DNA of 63,724 bases, filler included, from Candidatus Desantisbacteria bacterium CG1_02_49_89 (GTDB taxonomy: Bacteria > Desantisbacteria > UBA1551): the NCBI GenBank assembly GCA_001871075.1. It is 6 parts of 6 records of this genome, joined end to end, with 100 filler letters (N's around TTAATTAATTAA, not from the genome) between each part and the next. Parts side by side here need not be neighbours in the genome. Positions count along the whole stretch, not along the records: positions 1 to 13,220 come from MNUP01000122.1; positions 13,321 to 22,815 come from MNUP01000127.1; 4 more parts are not named here. One strand, given 5' to 3'. Below, in pieces: positions 9,983 through 20,325 of the stretch; position 1 is the stretch's first letter; each line of letters begins with the position of its first letter. Under the pieces are notes generated by a model. It was not told the DNA's origin. It ran no database searches and saw nothing but the letters and a program-made list of their open reading frames with translations. Position numbers and translations under genes: made by a program.

Positions 9983-12700
9983 GTGAGCGCAAAGGTGGCG
10001 GGCTGGAAAGGCAGGTGGATATGGATAGACGCGGAAAAGAACCCGCACAACAAATTCGTCCTGTTCAGGAAGGAATTGAGCGCTGGAAAGATCGATTCGG
10101 CTGAGATCAGGATCACCGCTGACACGAGATACGAGCTTTACGTGAACGATATTTTCGCGGGAAAAGGCCCTGTCAGAAGCTGGCTTTTTGAGTATTCGTA
10201 TGACGTTCACGACATAACGGATCTACTGAAGCCCGGGAAGAACAGCATTATCGCGCTTGTTCACCATTACGGCATCGGAACGTTCCAGTCCAACGAGGCG
10301 GCTGCGGGCCTGATAGCGGAAATAAGCGTAAAAACAAGCGGGAAAAAGAAGATTATAGGCACAGATGCGTCCTGGCAATGCGCTGAGCACAAGGGATTTC
10401 AGAGATACGCCCAGCGGATGAGCTGCCAGCTCGCTTTCTGCGAGATCTTCGACGCGAACGAAAAACCCGGCCCGTGGAAAAAGGCGGTTGAGGCTGATAT
10501 TAATGATAAGCCCAAACTTGTGCAGAGGGACACTCCCAATCTTACAAGGGAATGCTATTATCCCAAAAGGGTCACTTCCATAAGGAAGATCAGGTTCCCG
10601 TATAAAGCGTACAGTTTTGATCTGAGGCCCTGCGCTTTGCCTGAGATACTTGACGCGAACATCAAGTATTTCAGCGGTTTTTTGGCGTTTAAAATTATTT
10701 CCGATTCTGACCAGGAAGGGTTCATAAACCAGGATTTTTACCTGGTAGGGGATTTCAAGCTGAACGAAGAGCTTTTCAACCCCCAGAAAAGCCCTGAAAG
10801 GAATTTCAAGGCAAGGCTTAAAAAGGGAGAGAATATTTTCGTTATGGGATTCCGCGGCGGCGCGCACGTGCTTACCACAGACCTTGTCCTGAGATTCCCC
10901 GGCAAAGTCAGGATAGAATCCGTTAATTATAAGGGCTGCCCTGCTGAGGTCATTTCTTTCGGGGGGTATTCAAGCCCCTGGGGCGAGCTTGAAAGAAAGC
11001 CGCTTGAACCAAGTTCCGTGTATGACGAGATATGGGATTCGGCAAGCGCCGATGTCCTGAAAAAACACAAGGACATTTCAAAGCCGCTTTCTTCCCCGTA
11101 TGTCAGCGAAGAAGACGTTTTCATGGAAAACCTGTTCGCTGAAGAGGTTGAGAAGGTTAATGTGGACGGCAATTTCTCGAAGATGATCTATCCAAACAGC
11201 GATTACGCGGAGGTAAAGAACGACCGCCATGCGGACACAGAGATAGTTCTTGATTTCGGAGACGAGTTCTTCGGGTATATCGAGCTTGACGTAAAAGCGA
11301 AAAAAGACAACGTGCTGGATTTCTACATATTCGAGCACATAGAAGATGAGACCAATGCTATCCAGCCCATGTACCACCTTAACAATACCCTTCGGTACAA
11401 GTGCAGAGAGGGCAGGCAGAAGTTTGTTTCTTTTGTCAGGCGCGGCGGAAGATATATGACCGTTATCGTAAAGGGTAGGTCCCCGGTCAGGATATATTCT
11501 GCAAGGATCCTGAACGCCTCGTTCCCTGTTTCATACCGCGGTATTTTCAGGTCAAACGACCACACGCTCATGAGCGTATATGACCTTTCCAGGAAAACAA
11601 CCAAGATGTGCATGGATGACACGTATATGGACTGCCCTACCTGGGAGCAGACTTTCTGGGTGGGTGATTCCAGGAACGAGTCTCTTGTCAACCTGTATTC
11701 TTTCGGGGCTTTCGATATCACGCGCAGGTGCCTTCTGCTTGTGCCGAAATCAATGTTCCGCTCTCCTATCCCTGAAAGCCAGGTGCCAAGCGGCTGGGCG
11801 AACGTGCTTACTGACTGGACCTGGTTCTGGATAGACGCGTGCAGGGAATTCTACGATTTTTCCGGAGATGAAAAGTTCTTAAAAGAGATATATCCCTGGC
11901 TGATGAAGACCATCAAGAATACTGAGCAGTTCATAAACAAGGACGGCCTGCTTGAAATAGCGGCGTGGAACATGCTTGACTGGGCTCCGATGGACTGCCC
12001 CACGTTCGGCATTGTAACCCACCAGAACGCGTTCCTTATAAGGGCGCTGAACGACATCGCGTACCTTTCGGATTTCCTGCACAAGGCGGAGGACAGGAAA
12101 TACCTTGAGCTTTTCAGGGATAAGCTGAAAGCCTCCATCAATAAGCATCTTTTCAACGAAGGCAAGCAGGCGTATTATGATTGTATCCACGAGGATGGCA
12201 AGCCGTCAAAAGTGTTCAGCATCCAGACCCAGACAGCGGTCTACCTGAGTGAAGCTGCCGCTGAAGACAGGATTAAAAGGATGGAAGACCTTATCCTGAA
12301 CCCGCCTGACGATTTCGTGAAGATAGGCAGCCCGTTCATGAGCTTCTTTTTCCTTGAAGCCCTTGTGAAGATGGGCAGATACCAGGAGATGCTGGATTAT
12401 ATAAGGAAGAACTGGGGAGACAGGATGCTTGATAAGGACGCGGTGACCTGCTGGGAATGCTTTGACACTACCAGGAGCCACTGCCACGCATGGAGCGCCG
12501 CACCTGGTTTCTTCCTGCCCGCGTATATTCTGGGAATAAGGCCCGGAGCCCCGGGATTCAAGAAAATAATCGTTGACCCCAAGCCCTGCGATTTGAAATG
12601 GGCAAAGGGATGCGTGCCCACGCCTAAAGGCGACATCTACGTTGAATGGAAGAGAAAAGACGACGGCACGCTGGACATCAAAACCCGCGGCGCGCTGTAA
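9983..12700 (+). CDS. Alpha-L-rhamnosidase family (GH78)
   Basis: ITADTRYELYVN, DCPTWEQTFWVGD, TCWE...SHCHAWSA, VPTPKGDIYVEW. Confidence 0.9.
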   Translation: MSAKVAGWKGRWIWIDAEKNPHNKFVLFRKELSAGKIDSAEIRITADTRYELYVNDIFAGKGPVRSWLFEYSYDVHDITDLLKPGKNSIIALVHHYGIGTFQSNEAAAGLIAEISVKTSGKKKIIGTDASWQCAEHKGFQRYAQRMSCQLAFCEIFDANEKPGPWKKAVEADINDKPKLVQRDTPNLTRECYYPKRVTSIRKIRFPYKAYSFDLRPCALPEILDANIKYFSGFLAFKIISDSDQEGFINQDFYLVGDFKLNEELFNPQKSPERNFKARLKKGENIFVMGFRGGAHVLTTDLVLRFPGKVRIESVNYKGCPAEVISFGGYSSPWGELERKPLEPSSVYDEIWDSASADVLKKHKDISKPLSSPYVSEEDVFMENLFAEEVEKVNVDGNFSKMIYPNSDYAEVKNDRHADTEIVLDFGDEFFGYIELDVKAKKDNVLDFYIFEHIEDETNAIQPMYHLNNTLRYKCREGRQKFVSFVRRGGRYMTVIVKGRSPVRIYSARILNASFPVSYRGIFRSNDHTLMSVYDLSRKTTKMCMDDTYMDCPTWEQTFWVGDSRNESLVNLYSFGAFDITRRCLLLVPKSMFRSPIPESQVPSGWANVLTDWTWFWIDACREFYDFSGDEKFLKEIYPWLMKTIKNTEQFINKDGLLEIAAWNMLDWAPMDCPTFGIVTHQNAFLIRALNDIAYLSDFLHKAEDRKYLELFRDKLKASINKHLFNEGKQAYYDCIHEDGKPSKVFSIQTQTAVYLSEAAAEDRIKRMEDLILNPPDDFVKIGSPFMSFFFLEALVKMGRYQEMLDYIRKNWGDRMLDKDAVTCWECFDTTRSHCHAWSAAPGFFLPAYILGIRPGAPGFKKIIVDPKPCDLKWAKGCVPTPKGDIYVEWKRKDDGTLDIKTRGAL

Positions 12701-12832
12701 CTACCGTGTAAGGTGTAACGTGTAACGTGTAAGGCAATCCTTCAAAACTTCCCACTTTGAAAAAGGGGGATTGAGGGGGATTTTGCGTAGGGGCGATCTT
12801 GGTCGCCCGACCCCTCTTTTAGAAAGAGGGGC

Positions 12833-13220
12833 GTGGGGAGATTTCATAAAGTGGTTCCTTTCGACCGGTTTGAAATTCCCAGGGAAAAAGCGGAAGAGAT
12901 ACTGTCAGAAGGTTTTGGCAGAAAAGTAAAGGTAAGGTTCCTTGAACGGATGTCAGGCGGCATGATCTGCAGCGTTTTTCACGCCCGGCTGGGCACAAAA
13001 CCTGTTGATGTTGTCCTGAAACTAAAGGCGGGGAAAGCGGGATCAGAGGACTTTGAACATCAGTTCCGCGTGCTTAAGTTCCTGTCTAAAAACACAAAAT
13101 TTCCTGTTCCTGAGCCGTATTTCTGCCATATTGAAAAAGGCAAAGACCAGGTTTCCGCTCTTGTTCTTGGGTTTTTACCCGGCAATAACCTGGGGGAATG
13201 CTCCCTTGCTTCATCCCAGC
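12833..13220 (+). CDS. Aminoglycoside phosphotransferase/fructosamine-kinase-like protein (3' truncated by gap)
   Basis: SGGMICSVF, VVLK, PVPEPY, LVLGFLPG pattern. Confidence 0.65.
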
Positions 13221-13320
13221 NNNNNNNNNNNNNNNNNNNNNNNNNNNNNNNNNNNNNNNNNNNNTTAATTAATTAANNNNNNNNNNNNNNNNNNNNNNNN
13301 NNNNNNNNNNNNNNNNNNNN
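13221..13320. other. Artificial contig spacer
   Basis: N44-TTAATTAATTAA-N44, with stops in all frames. Confidence 0.99.
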
Positions 13321-13938
13321 TTCATTATCATACTCGTTGCTACCCATCAGGAATTCACCTGCGGGGATATAGACCATAACTGAGTTGTCTTTTTCCCAGG
13401 TGATTTCCTCTGTTTTTGCCTGTGCTGGCTGAACAGCTTGAGGAGCAACTCCTGATTGTACCGGCAATCCTGCTATCTTGCTTGCAATGTTTCTCATGGA
13501 AACAAGCAAGGCGTCTTCTTTGCATTTAGCGCACTCTTCTGTCTCTGCCCTTCCTATCTTGCCTGATTGCACATCAATAATTTTAAGGGTTACAACATAG
13601 GTAGCGCCTATTTTGGTAATTACGCCCGCAAACATCTTACGCACGCCCAAAAGCTGACCTGCCTGAACAATACATTCGTTGCTTGTGCAGCCTGAGAGCT
13701 GGAGCTTCTGCTCTTTCAGGATATCTTCCATATTCTCACGCGTAACTATGTCAAACTTCTGCGTGTTGATAAGCTGGACCCTCAGGTAATCTGAAAGTGA
13801 CGCAGCCACCCCGGCAGAAACTCCTTCCTTTGCCTCCATGTCCATCACTGCAGCGGTTGTCTTCTGGATACCTGTCTGTTGAGCGCCCAGCCCAAAAGCA
13901 ACGAACAACAAAACCAAAAAGATACATAGCTTCCTCAT
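13321..13938 (-). CDS. Secreted CsgG/TolB-N-like domain + FGE-sulfatase (C-type lectin fold) domain protein, 3' truncated
   Basis: Signal peptide; FDIVTRENMEDILKEQ..GC...C...GQLLGV; Q/P/A linker; MVYIPAGEFLMGS start of an FGE-sulfatase domain. Confidence 0.8.
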
Positions 13939-14223
13939 CTTGCACCTCCTAAAAAATAGGGACAGCCCCCATTTTTTATTCCCTTTTTTTAAGGTAAATG
14001 CAGAATCTAAAATTTAGGATTGCTTCCCCGCCACAATTATTGGCGGGCTGCAATAACAACTAAAATCACTCTGTCCTCTCCCTTTATAAAGGGAGATTTA
14101 TAACCACTGCAATTGGCAGGGCAAGCCCTGCAGCTACCTTAACTTTTCCGCCCGTCTTTGCAGCGGGCGAGACTGCGCCCCGATTGATATCGGTACTGGC
14201 AACCTTTAACCCTTTTAACCTTT

Positions 14224-16812
14224 TTAACCTTTAACGGTAGTTGAAGGCGCGTTAACCGCATCAAGACGCAGATCTGGTGCAGGCCTGTCTTTGATGCCGG
14301 GGCGGGTCGTTTCGTTCTTTTTGAAGGCCCTGAACTCTATCAGCGCCTTTTCACCCGGGAAGATCGTCCTGTAATTATTTAAATGTGAAAGCGCCCATTT
14401 GTGGTCTGTATTGAACAGCCGCACTGCAACAGCCGCGTATTTCCCCGTATTTCTGACATTTATCATGCTGCCGGCACGCTGTATTGAAAGCCGCGCCTGC
14501 GGAAGAGCGCGCAGGAAATTCAGCGGATTTTTTACGTTGTTTGAAAACGCGTAAACATTGCCGCACACAGGTTTTCCCCCTCGTTCTACCCTGATGTCCG
14601 CAAAGAAAACACCGCGCGGCATATTCTTGGCCTTCCACTCAAAAACCCCGATCTCCTGCGAAAAAAGCCTTTTTAAGGCGGTGCCGAACATATTTCCCGC
14701 GATCACCTTTCCGGATATGTCCCGCAGAAAAACCTTTACGACGATATTTCCCGGCAGGGCTTTTTTACAGTGCAGGAATATTGTCCCTTTGAAGGTCTCT
14801 CCCGCAGCCCAGCCGAGTTTTTCGTATTTCATCGAAACGTGGAACCTTCCAAACGCTTTCTGTATGCCTGAATACGCCATCTTGGTATGGCCGAAAGCGT
14901 CTATTATGGAATTATTCGCTGTGTTCAGGAAAGGCTCATTGCCTGCCCAGTACATTATGCCCGAGCAGTTGAAAGCGCGGCGCAGACAGGATTCGGTGGA
15001 ATACCGCAGGGATTCGAATTGCAAATACTGGCTGCATTTCACGAACTTCTCTATCTCGTTTCTTTTCTCGTCCCACTTGCCGAACATCTGGCCCATCATC
15101 TCAGGTATTATCCACCACGCCCCGTGATGCACCCACTGGGGATTTTCTTTGCGCGGCGGCCAAATTTTTTCTTTCCTTGTTATATATTGCAGCGATGAAA
15201 GATCAGCAGCTCCGGGTGAACCGGTCTCAAACCTTGCAAGCGAATCGTCCTTGTTGAAATAATTATAATGGGTTTTTTCACCCAGGTACATCCAGGGGCC
15301 GTGGACCTCGTAGTGAATGCCTTTGCCATACTGGTTCTCATGCGCGTAACCGGTAGGGCCGCTCGCGCTTGTGGGCAGGAACCATTTTCCCGGGTCAAGC
15401 CTCCTGCAAAGATTTCCAAGCGCCCTTATGCAGGGATACGACTCATCCACAGGTTTCCCTTTCCTGCTCATCAGCTCGTTGCCGCAGTCCCAGACAGCAG
15501 AGCTCACGTGCCATCCCCTTCTCCTTATATAGATCCCGGCGATCTTTACCAGTTTGTCTATCATTGTACGGTTCCCGACAGGAAGGTTTGAAATGCCGCT
15601 TGATGACTGGGGGAACTCTTGTAACACCATAAGCCCCATTTCATCGCAGAGGTCAAAAAAGACCTCCTTTTCAAGTATAGCTCCGCCCCAGACCCTGATG
15701 ATGTTGCAGCCCATCGTTTTGAACTGGGCAAGCTCTGATCTGTAAAGCGACTTATGCGCTGCCCCGTAAAAAGGCACAGGCACCATCCAGTTCACTCCCT
15801 GGATAAAGACTTTTTTTCCGTTTATCTTCAGGGTGTATGGCGACGCCTTCGCAGGCGCGTTCTCGTTCTTTGCAATCTCTATTTTTTTGAAGCCTACCTT
15901 TTTATTTACCGTATCCAGGGCCTTTCTCCCCTTAACGAGCTCAACCGAGATATTATATAGTTTCTGCGCTCCGTAACCGTTAGGGAACCACGCTTTTATC
16001 CTACCCGCGGAGAAACCGCGGCTGAATTTGTTATTCCCTTTTGAGATTTTCAGCGGAAAAACCTTTGCGGCGATTTTCTTATTACCATCGTCCAATGTCA
16101 CGCGCAGGCCCGCGCTCATACCGGCTGAGGACCAGATGGTCCCGCTTAGATGCATTTCTCCCTTCGCGCCGCCTGCAAGCCCGGTCCTTAAAAATATCTC
16201 TTTCAAATGCGCGGTATCAACCGCCTTGATGAAAACGCTGTCCCATATGCCGGTCGGCACAACCCTCGCGCACCAGTCCCATATGTAGTTGAACCTGGAC
16301 TTGAAATGCTTCACCCTTTCCGTCCAGCCGAACTGCCCGTATTCCTCGGGTGTCTGGTAAAAAACAACGCTGAGCAGATTTTCCTTGCCCCAGAGCGCTT
16401 CCTTCGTGATATCCACCCGCACAGGCACGAACATCCCTTCGAATTCAGCCAGCTTCTTTCCGTTCAGGATTATCTGGCCGTAATAATCCAGGCCCAGGAA
16501 ATTCAGGATGAGTCTTTTACCCTTGAACGCATTTTTCAGGCGGAATTTTTTTTCATATATCCACTCCCTGTGCTCGGTCCACTCCTGCAGGAAGCTGTTC
16601 TTGTCAATATCCACCTCGGAGATAACGCCAGCCCGGATAAGGTCCGTCTGCACGCTGCCGGGCACCTCTGCCTTTACCGCGGGCACAGGCAGGTCAGGCA
16701 CGCCGGTCATGCACGCTGTCTTCTGCCACCTCCACTGGTGCGGCCACCATCCTGCCACTTTCCAGTCTTTCCCGTCCAGCGACTGTATATTTTTCCCGCG
16801 GATCATATCCAT
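14224..16812 (-). CDS. Glycoside hydrolase family 2 (beta-mannosidase-like)
   Basis: VPGSVQTDL, GLDY, WDW...GIWD, NIIRVWGG, CDEMGLMV, WDCGNE. Confidence 0.88.
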   Translation of the reverse strand: MDMIRGKNIQSLDGKDWKVAGWWPHQWRWQKTACMTGVPDLPVPAVKAEVPGSVQTDLIRAGVISEVDIDKNSFLQEWTEHREWIYEKKFRLKNAFKGKRLILNFLGLDYYGQIILNGKKLAEFEGMFVPVRVDITKEALWGKENLLSVVFYQTPEEYGQFGWTERVKHFKSRFNYIWDWCARVVPTGIWDSVFIKAVDTAHLKEIFLRTGLAGGAKGEMHLSGTIWSSAGMSAGLRVTLDDGNKKIAAKVFPLKISKGNNKFSRGFSAGRIKAWFPNGYGAQKLYNISVELVKGRKALDTVNKKVGFKKIEIAKNENAPAKASPYTLKINGKKVFIQGVNWMVPVPFYGAAHKSLYRSELAQFKTMGCNIIRVWGGAILEKEVFFDLCDEMGLMVLQEFPQSSSGISNLPVGNRTMIDKLVKIAGIYIRRRGWHVSSAVWDCGNELMSRKGKPVDESYPCIRALGNLCRRLDPGKWFLPTSASGPTGYAHENQYGKGIHYEVHGPWMYLGEKTHYNYFNKDDSLARFETGSPGAADLSSLQYITRKEKIWPPRKENPQWVHHGAWWIIPEMMGQMFGKWDEKRNEIEKFVKCSQYLQFESLRYSTESCLRRAFNCSGIMYWAGNEPFLNTANNSIIDAFGHTKMAYSGIQKAFGRFHVSMKYEKLGWAAGETFKGTIFLHCKKALPGNIVVKVFLRDISGKVIAGNMFGTALKRLFSQEIGVFEWKAKNMPRGVFFADIRVERGGKPVCGNVYAFSNNVKNPLNFLRALPQARLSIQRAGSMINVRNTGKYAAVAVRLFNTDHKWALSHLNNYRTIFPGEKALIEFRAFKKNETTRPGIKDRPAPDLRLDAVNAPSTTVKG

Positions 16813-16913
16813 CAAAACTCCTTTTCGCCACTGAGTTCACTGAATTCACTGTCGCCACTTCGGCGACCCGCCGATGAGGCGGGACACGCTTTAAACTGGA
16901 TACTGGACACTGG

Positions 16914-17984
16914 TTACTGGTTACTAAAGTCCCTGCCCGCTTCCAGCATCGCAAGGTAATTTTTAACCGGGATGTAATTCGCGACTGTGTTACCTGTGCC
17001 AAGCGCGTAACCGCCGCCGGGCGCGCACTTCTCAAGTATGTTGCGCGTGTATTTCTTCACTTCGTCTTCCGTGTGCCTGCACAGGAAATCAACGTCAACG
17101 CCGCCAAGTATCGCGATGCGCTTTCCGTATTTCTTTTTCGCCTCTGTGACCGGAAGGATAACGTCCTCCCAGGAATGCTTCGCGTCTATCTTCACGTAAT
17201 CGATAAGGTCATCCATTATCTCCTCAAGATTGCCACAGGAGTGGATTATGAAAGGCAGGTTATATTTGTGCGCTACCTCGGCGGCTTTTTTCTGCCAGGG
17301 AAAAATATATTCGCGCATTGCCTTGGGGCTTACCATTATCGAGGTCTTGAACCCCATATCGTCCCCAATAACCAACCCTCCCACATTGGGGAGCTTCGCA
17401 GCCCTTTCAAAAACAGCGCATATGGTGGCTCCGACCTTATCCGAAATATCCCTGACCAGGTCCGGTTGCTCGAAAAGCATGTATGAAAATATTTCGTAGC
17501 CGGTAAGCCACATCACGTTCTCAAGCACCCCGCCCGGGCCGTTGAAAAGGAGCTTCATCCCGTCAGGCACGTTCTTTGCCAGGAATTCAACCCACCTGAA
17601 ATCCGCTTTTGACGCGTCCGGCCAAAGGTACTTATCGTAGCTCTTCCTGTCCTCGATCTCCCCGTGATGCTCGTCCTGCCAGCCTCTTGCCGCGTGCGGC
17701 AGATTTGCCGTGTCAGCCGCGGAAAGGATATTTGAGCGCTGGAAACCTAAAGGGCAGGGAGCAGGAACGTAATCATAACCGAGGTCAACGTAGAATTTTA
17801 TCATCGCCTTATAATATTTCTCCCATCCTTCAGCCGTGTTCTCAAGGGTATATTTTGTCATCGGTTCGCCTGTCACCGCTTCCATTATCTCTATGTCAGC
17901 GAACAGTTCGTAGAACGGTACTTTGTCGGGTTCCCCCTTACGTAACAGGACCTTACGCAGTCTCTCAAAGTTTGGTTGGTTCAT
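16914..17984 (-). CDS. Uroporphyrinogen decarboxylase/MtaA-CmuA family protein (paralogue 1)
   Basis: GEPDKVP, GDDMG, HSCGN, GGVDV, GGYALGTGN. Confidence 0.88.
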   Translation of the reverse strand: MNQPNFERLRKVLLRKGEPDKVPFYELFADIEIMEAVTGEPMTKYTLENTAEGWEKYYKAMIKFYVDLGYDYVPAPCPLGFQRSNILSAADTANLPHAARGWQDEHHGEIEDRKSYDKYLWPDASKADFRWVEFLAKNVPDGMKLLFNGPGGVLENVMWLTGYEIFSYMLFEQPDLVRDISDKVGATICAVFERAAKLPNVGGLVIGDDMGFKTSIMVSPKAMREYIFPWQKKAAEVAHKYNLPFIIHSCGNLEEIMDDLIDYVKIDAKHSWEDVILPVTEAKKKYGKRIAILGGVDVDFLCRHTEDEVKKYTRNILEKCAPGGGYALGTGNTVANYIPVKNYLAMLEAGRDFSNQ

Positions 17985-18052
17985 GTTTACTCCTTATTTT
18001 TGGTTGCTGGCTACTCGTTACTGGTTGAAAATCTTATGGAATCATTGCATTT

Positions 18053-19034
18053 TTATTGATCTTTTTCAAAAAAGACCCTTTTCTTTTGTTCGACTATTTT
18101 CTTTGCATTCGATTCGCCCATATTGCTTGCAATAAACCATGAAGGAACAGCAATAAGAGGATAAGCCCAATACCATGTAAAACCAAATATTGCAGCAGCA
18201 GGAATAGCCTCAATCACTATCGTTGTTTGCGCAAGCGAAATACCTTCTTTTCTTATTTCATCTTTCTTTGCTTTTAAAAAAACATTTTCTTCATTTATGC
18301 TGCCTTTTAAAACAATTTTGGGCGTGAAATAATTTGATGAATAATCTTTCGTGTTTTCACTTGTTAAATCAAAGATCATCATTTTTTGTATTTCCTCATT
18401 AACCTCTTTCATCATTTTTGCAATAAGCCTTTTTAATATCTTTTTTTCCTCAAAAGAAATCGGATTTGCCACTATCTCTTCTTTTGTTTTTAAACTACAT
18501 TTATCAACCCATATAATTGATGAAGTATTTATATCTATAAGTAATAATTTAAAAATAGATTCTACCGTATATTCGAGCAGAAAAACGCCTTTTCTAATAG
18601 TATCGAATCTCCATTTTTCAATTTTTCCACAAAGTAGGACGTTAACTTTAAGCTCATCCGCGATTGCTCTGCTTATTGTGTCATTTACACTGCTATTCTC
18701 AAATTGCTGAAGAAGATTAAACGGCACTTCTTTAACTTCCTCAAAAACATTGCTCTGAGTGAATTGATTTACCAGGGCTTTCGTGAATTCCTTATTAAAA
18801 GGAACCGAAAAAATAACGGAACAATCATTTTCATTGCGACGATCTTCAAATCTTAAAACACCTACTTTTAAAGGAATCGGGGGGGGTTTCATATTTAAGT
18901 GACGTAGCTGTATAATATATACGAGACTGCATATCATAATAGGAACAAAAAGAAAAGGAAAAACACTGCTGCGAAAAAAACAGCAGTATAAATAAAAAAC
19001 TAATTATTTTTATTGCCTTTACAATTTTAGACAT
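18053..19034 (-). pseudogene. AT-rich exported/membrane protein split by a frameshift in a C8 tract
   Basis: The signal-peptide ORF 18846-19034 and the ORF 18053-18937 fuse in frame if one C is removed from the tract at 18879-18886. Confidence 0.65.
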
Positions 19035-19240
19035 TCTTATTCCTCAATAGTATACTAACCAAATTTTACATTATGAGGATAAGTTGTCATTTCAAATCCC
19101 CCTCTTTCCCCCTTTTTCAAAGGGGGATGCAGGGGGATTTCCCTTATCCACATATCCACTTATCTACTTGTTTGCTAACCACTGACCACTCACCGCATAA
19201 AGCGAGTCCCCCTTCTTGCTTTCCTGAGAAAGCAGAGGGA

Positions 19241-20311
19241 TCACTGACCACTGAATTTACGGCCTTCATCTAACATAGCAAGGTAGTTCTTAACAGGGAC
19301 GTAATTGGTAACGGTGTTTCCTGAGCCAAGGGCGTAACCGCCGCCAGGCGCGCACTTTTCAAGCACGTTGCGGGTGTATTTCCTGACCTCGTCCTCGGAA
19401 TGCCTTGCAAGGAAATCCACGTCAACGCCTCCTAATATCGCTATGCGCTTGCCGTAGATCTTCTTCGCCTCTGTGACCGGAAGTATAATGTCCTCCCAGG
19501 AATGCTTGGCGTCTATCTTAACGTCGTCTATAAGGTCGTCCATTATCCCGGCCAGGTTCCCGCAGGAGTGCAGGACAAAAGGGAGCTTGTTCTTATGCGC
19601 CACTTCAACCGCCTTTTTCTGCCAGGGAAAAACATATTTTCTGAAAAAATCCGGCGCGAACATCGTGGAGGTCTTGTATCCCATGTCATCCCCCATCCTC
19701 ATAGCTCCCATCACAGGGATCTTTGATATGATCTCATCAGCGTAGATCCTGTAAGCCCCGGTCTTGTTGAACATATCCTCAACGAGCTTGGGGTCGTCGT
19801 GAAGCGCCATTGAAAGCGGCACGAATCCCATAAGCCCTGAGACCTGCTCAAGGATACCGCCCGAGATCCCGCCTATGACCTTCATCCCTTCAGGCAGGAC
19901 CTCTGCCAGGATCTCAAAGTGGGAGAAATCAGTGCATTTCTCAATAGCAGGCCAGGGGTATCTTTCGAAATCCTGCCTGTTCTTTATAGGACCTGAGTTT
20001 TCATCAGCCCAGCCGCGCTTTCCGTGCGGCATCTGCGCGGTGTCATCCGCGGCAAGGACGTTGTCCCTGGGAAAGTTAAGGCCGATCTCAAGCGGAACGT
20101 AGTCGTAACCAGTATCCGCGTAGAACTTGACCAGCGCCGTGTAATATTCTTTTTTGCCTGGTACTGTACTTGTGTCTATTTTTGACATCTTAATGCCGGT
20201 GACCGCTTCATAAATTTCCACGTCGCAGAAGTGCTCGTAAAACGGCATCCAATCCGGTTCACCTTGCCTTAATAGTACCTTGCGCATACGTTCGAAGTTG
20301 GGCTGGTTCAT
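19241..20311 (-). CDS. Uroporphyrinogen decarboxylase/MtaA-CmuA family protein (paralogue 2)
   Basis: Same motifs as paralogue 1; near-identical C-terminal third. Confidence 0.88.
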   Translation of the reverse strand: MNQPNFERMRKVLLRQGEPDWMPFYEHFCDVEIYEAVTGIKMSKIDTSTVPGKKEYYTALVKFYADTGYDYVPLEIGLNFPRDNVLAADDTAQMPHGKRGWADENSGPIKNRQDFERYPWPAIEKCTDFSHFEILAEVLPEGMKVIGGISGGILEQVSGLMGFVPLSMALHDDPKLVEDMFNKTGAYRIYADEIISKIPVMGAMRMGDDMGYKTSTMFAPDFFRKYVFPWQKKAVEVAHKNKLPFVLHSCGNLAGIMDDLIDDVKIDAKHSWEDIILPVTEAKKIYGKRIAILGGVDVDFLARHSEDEVRKYTRNVLEKCAPGGGYALGSGNTVTNYVPVKNYLAMLDEGRKFSGQ

Positions 20312-20325
20312 GTCTGCTCCTTCTC

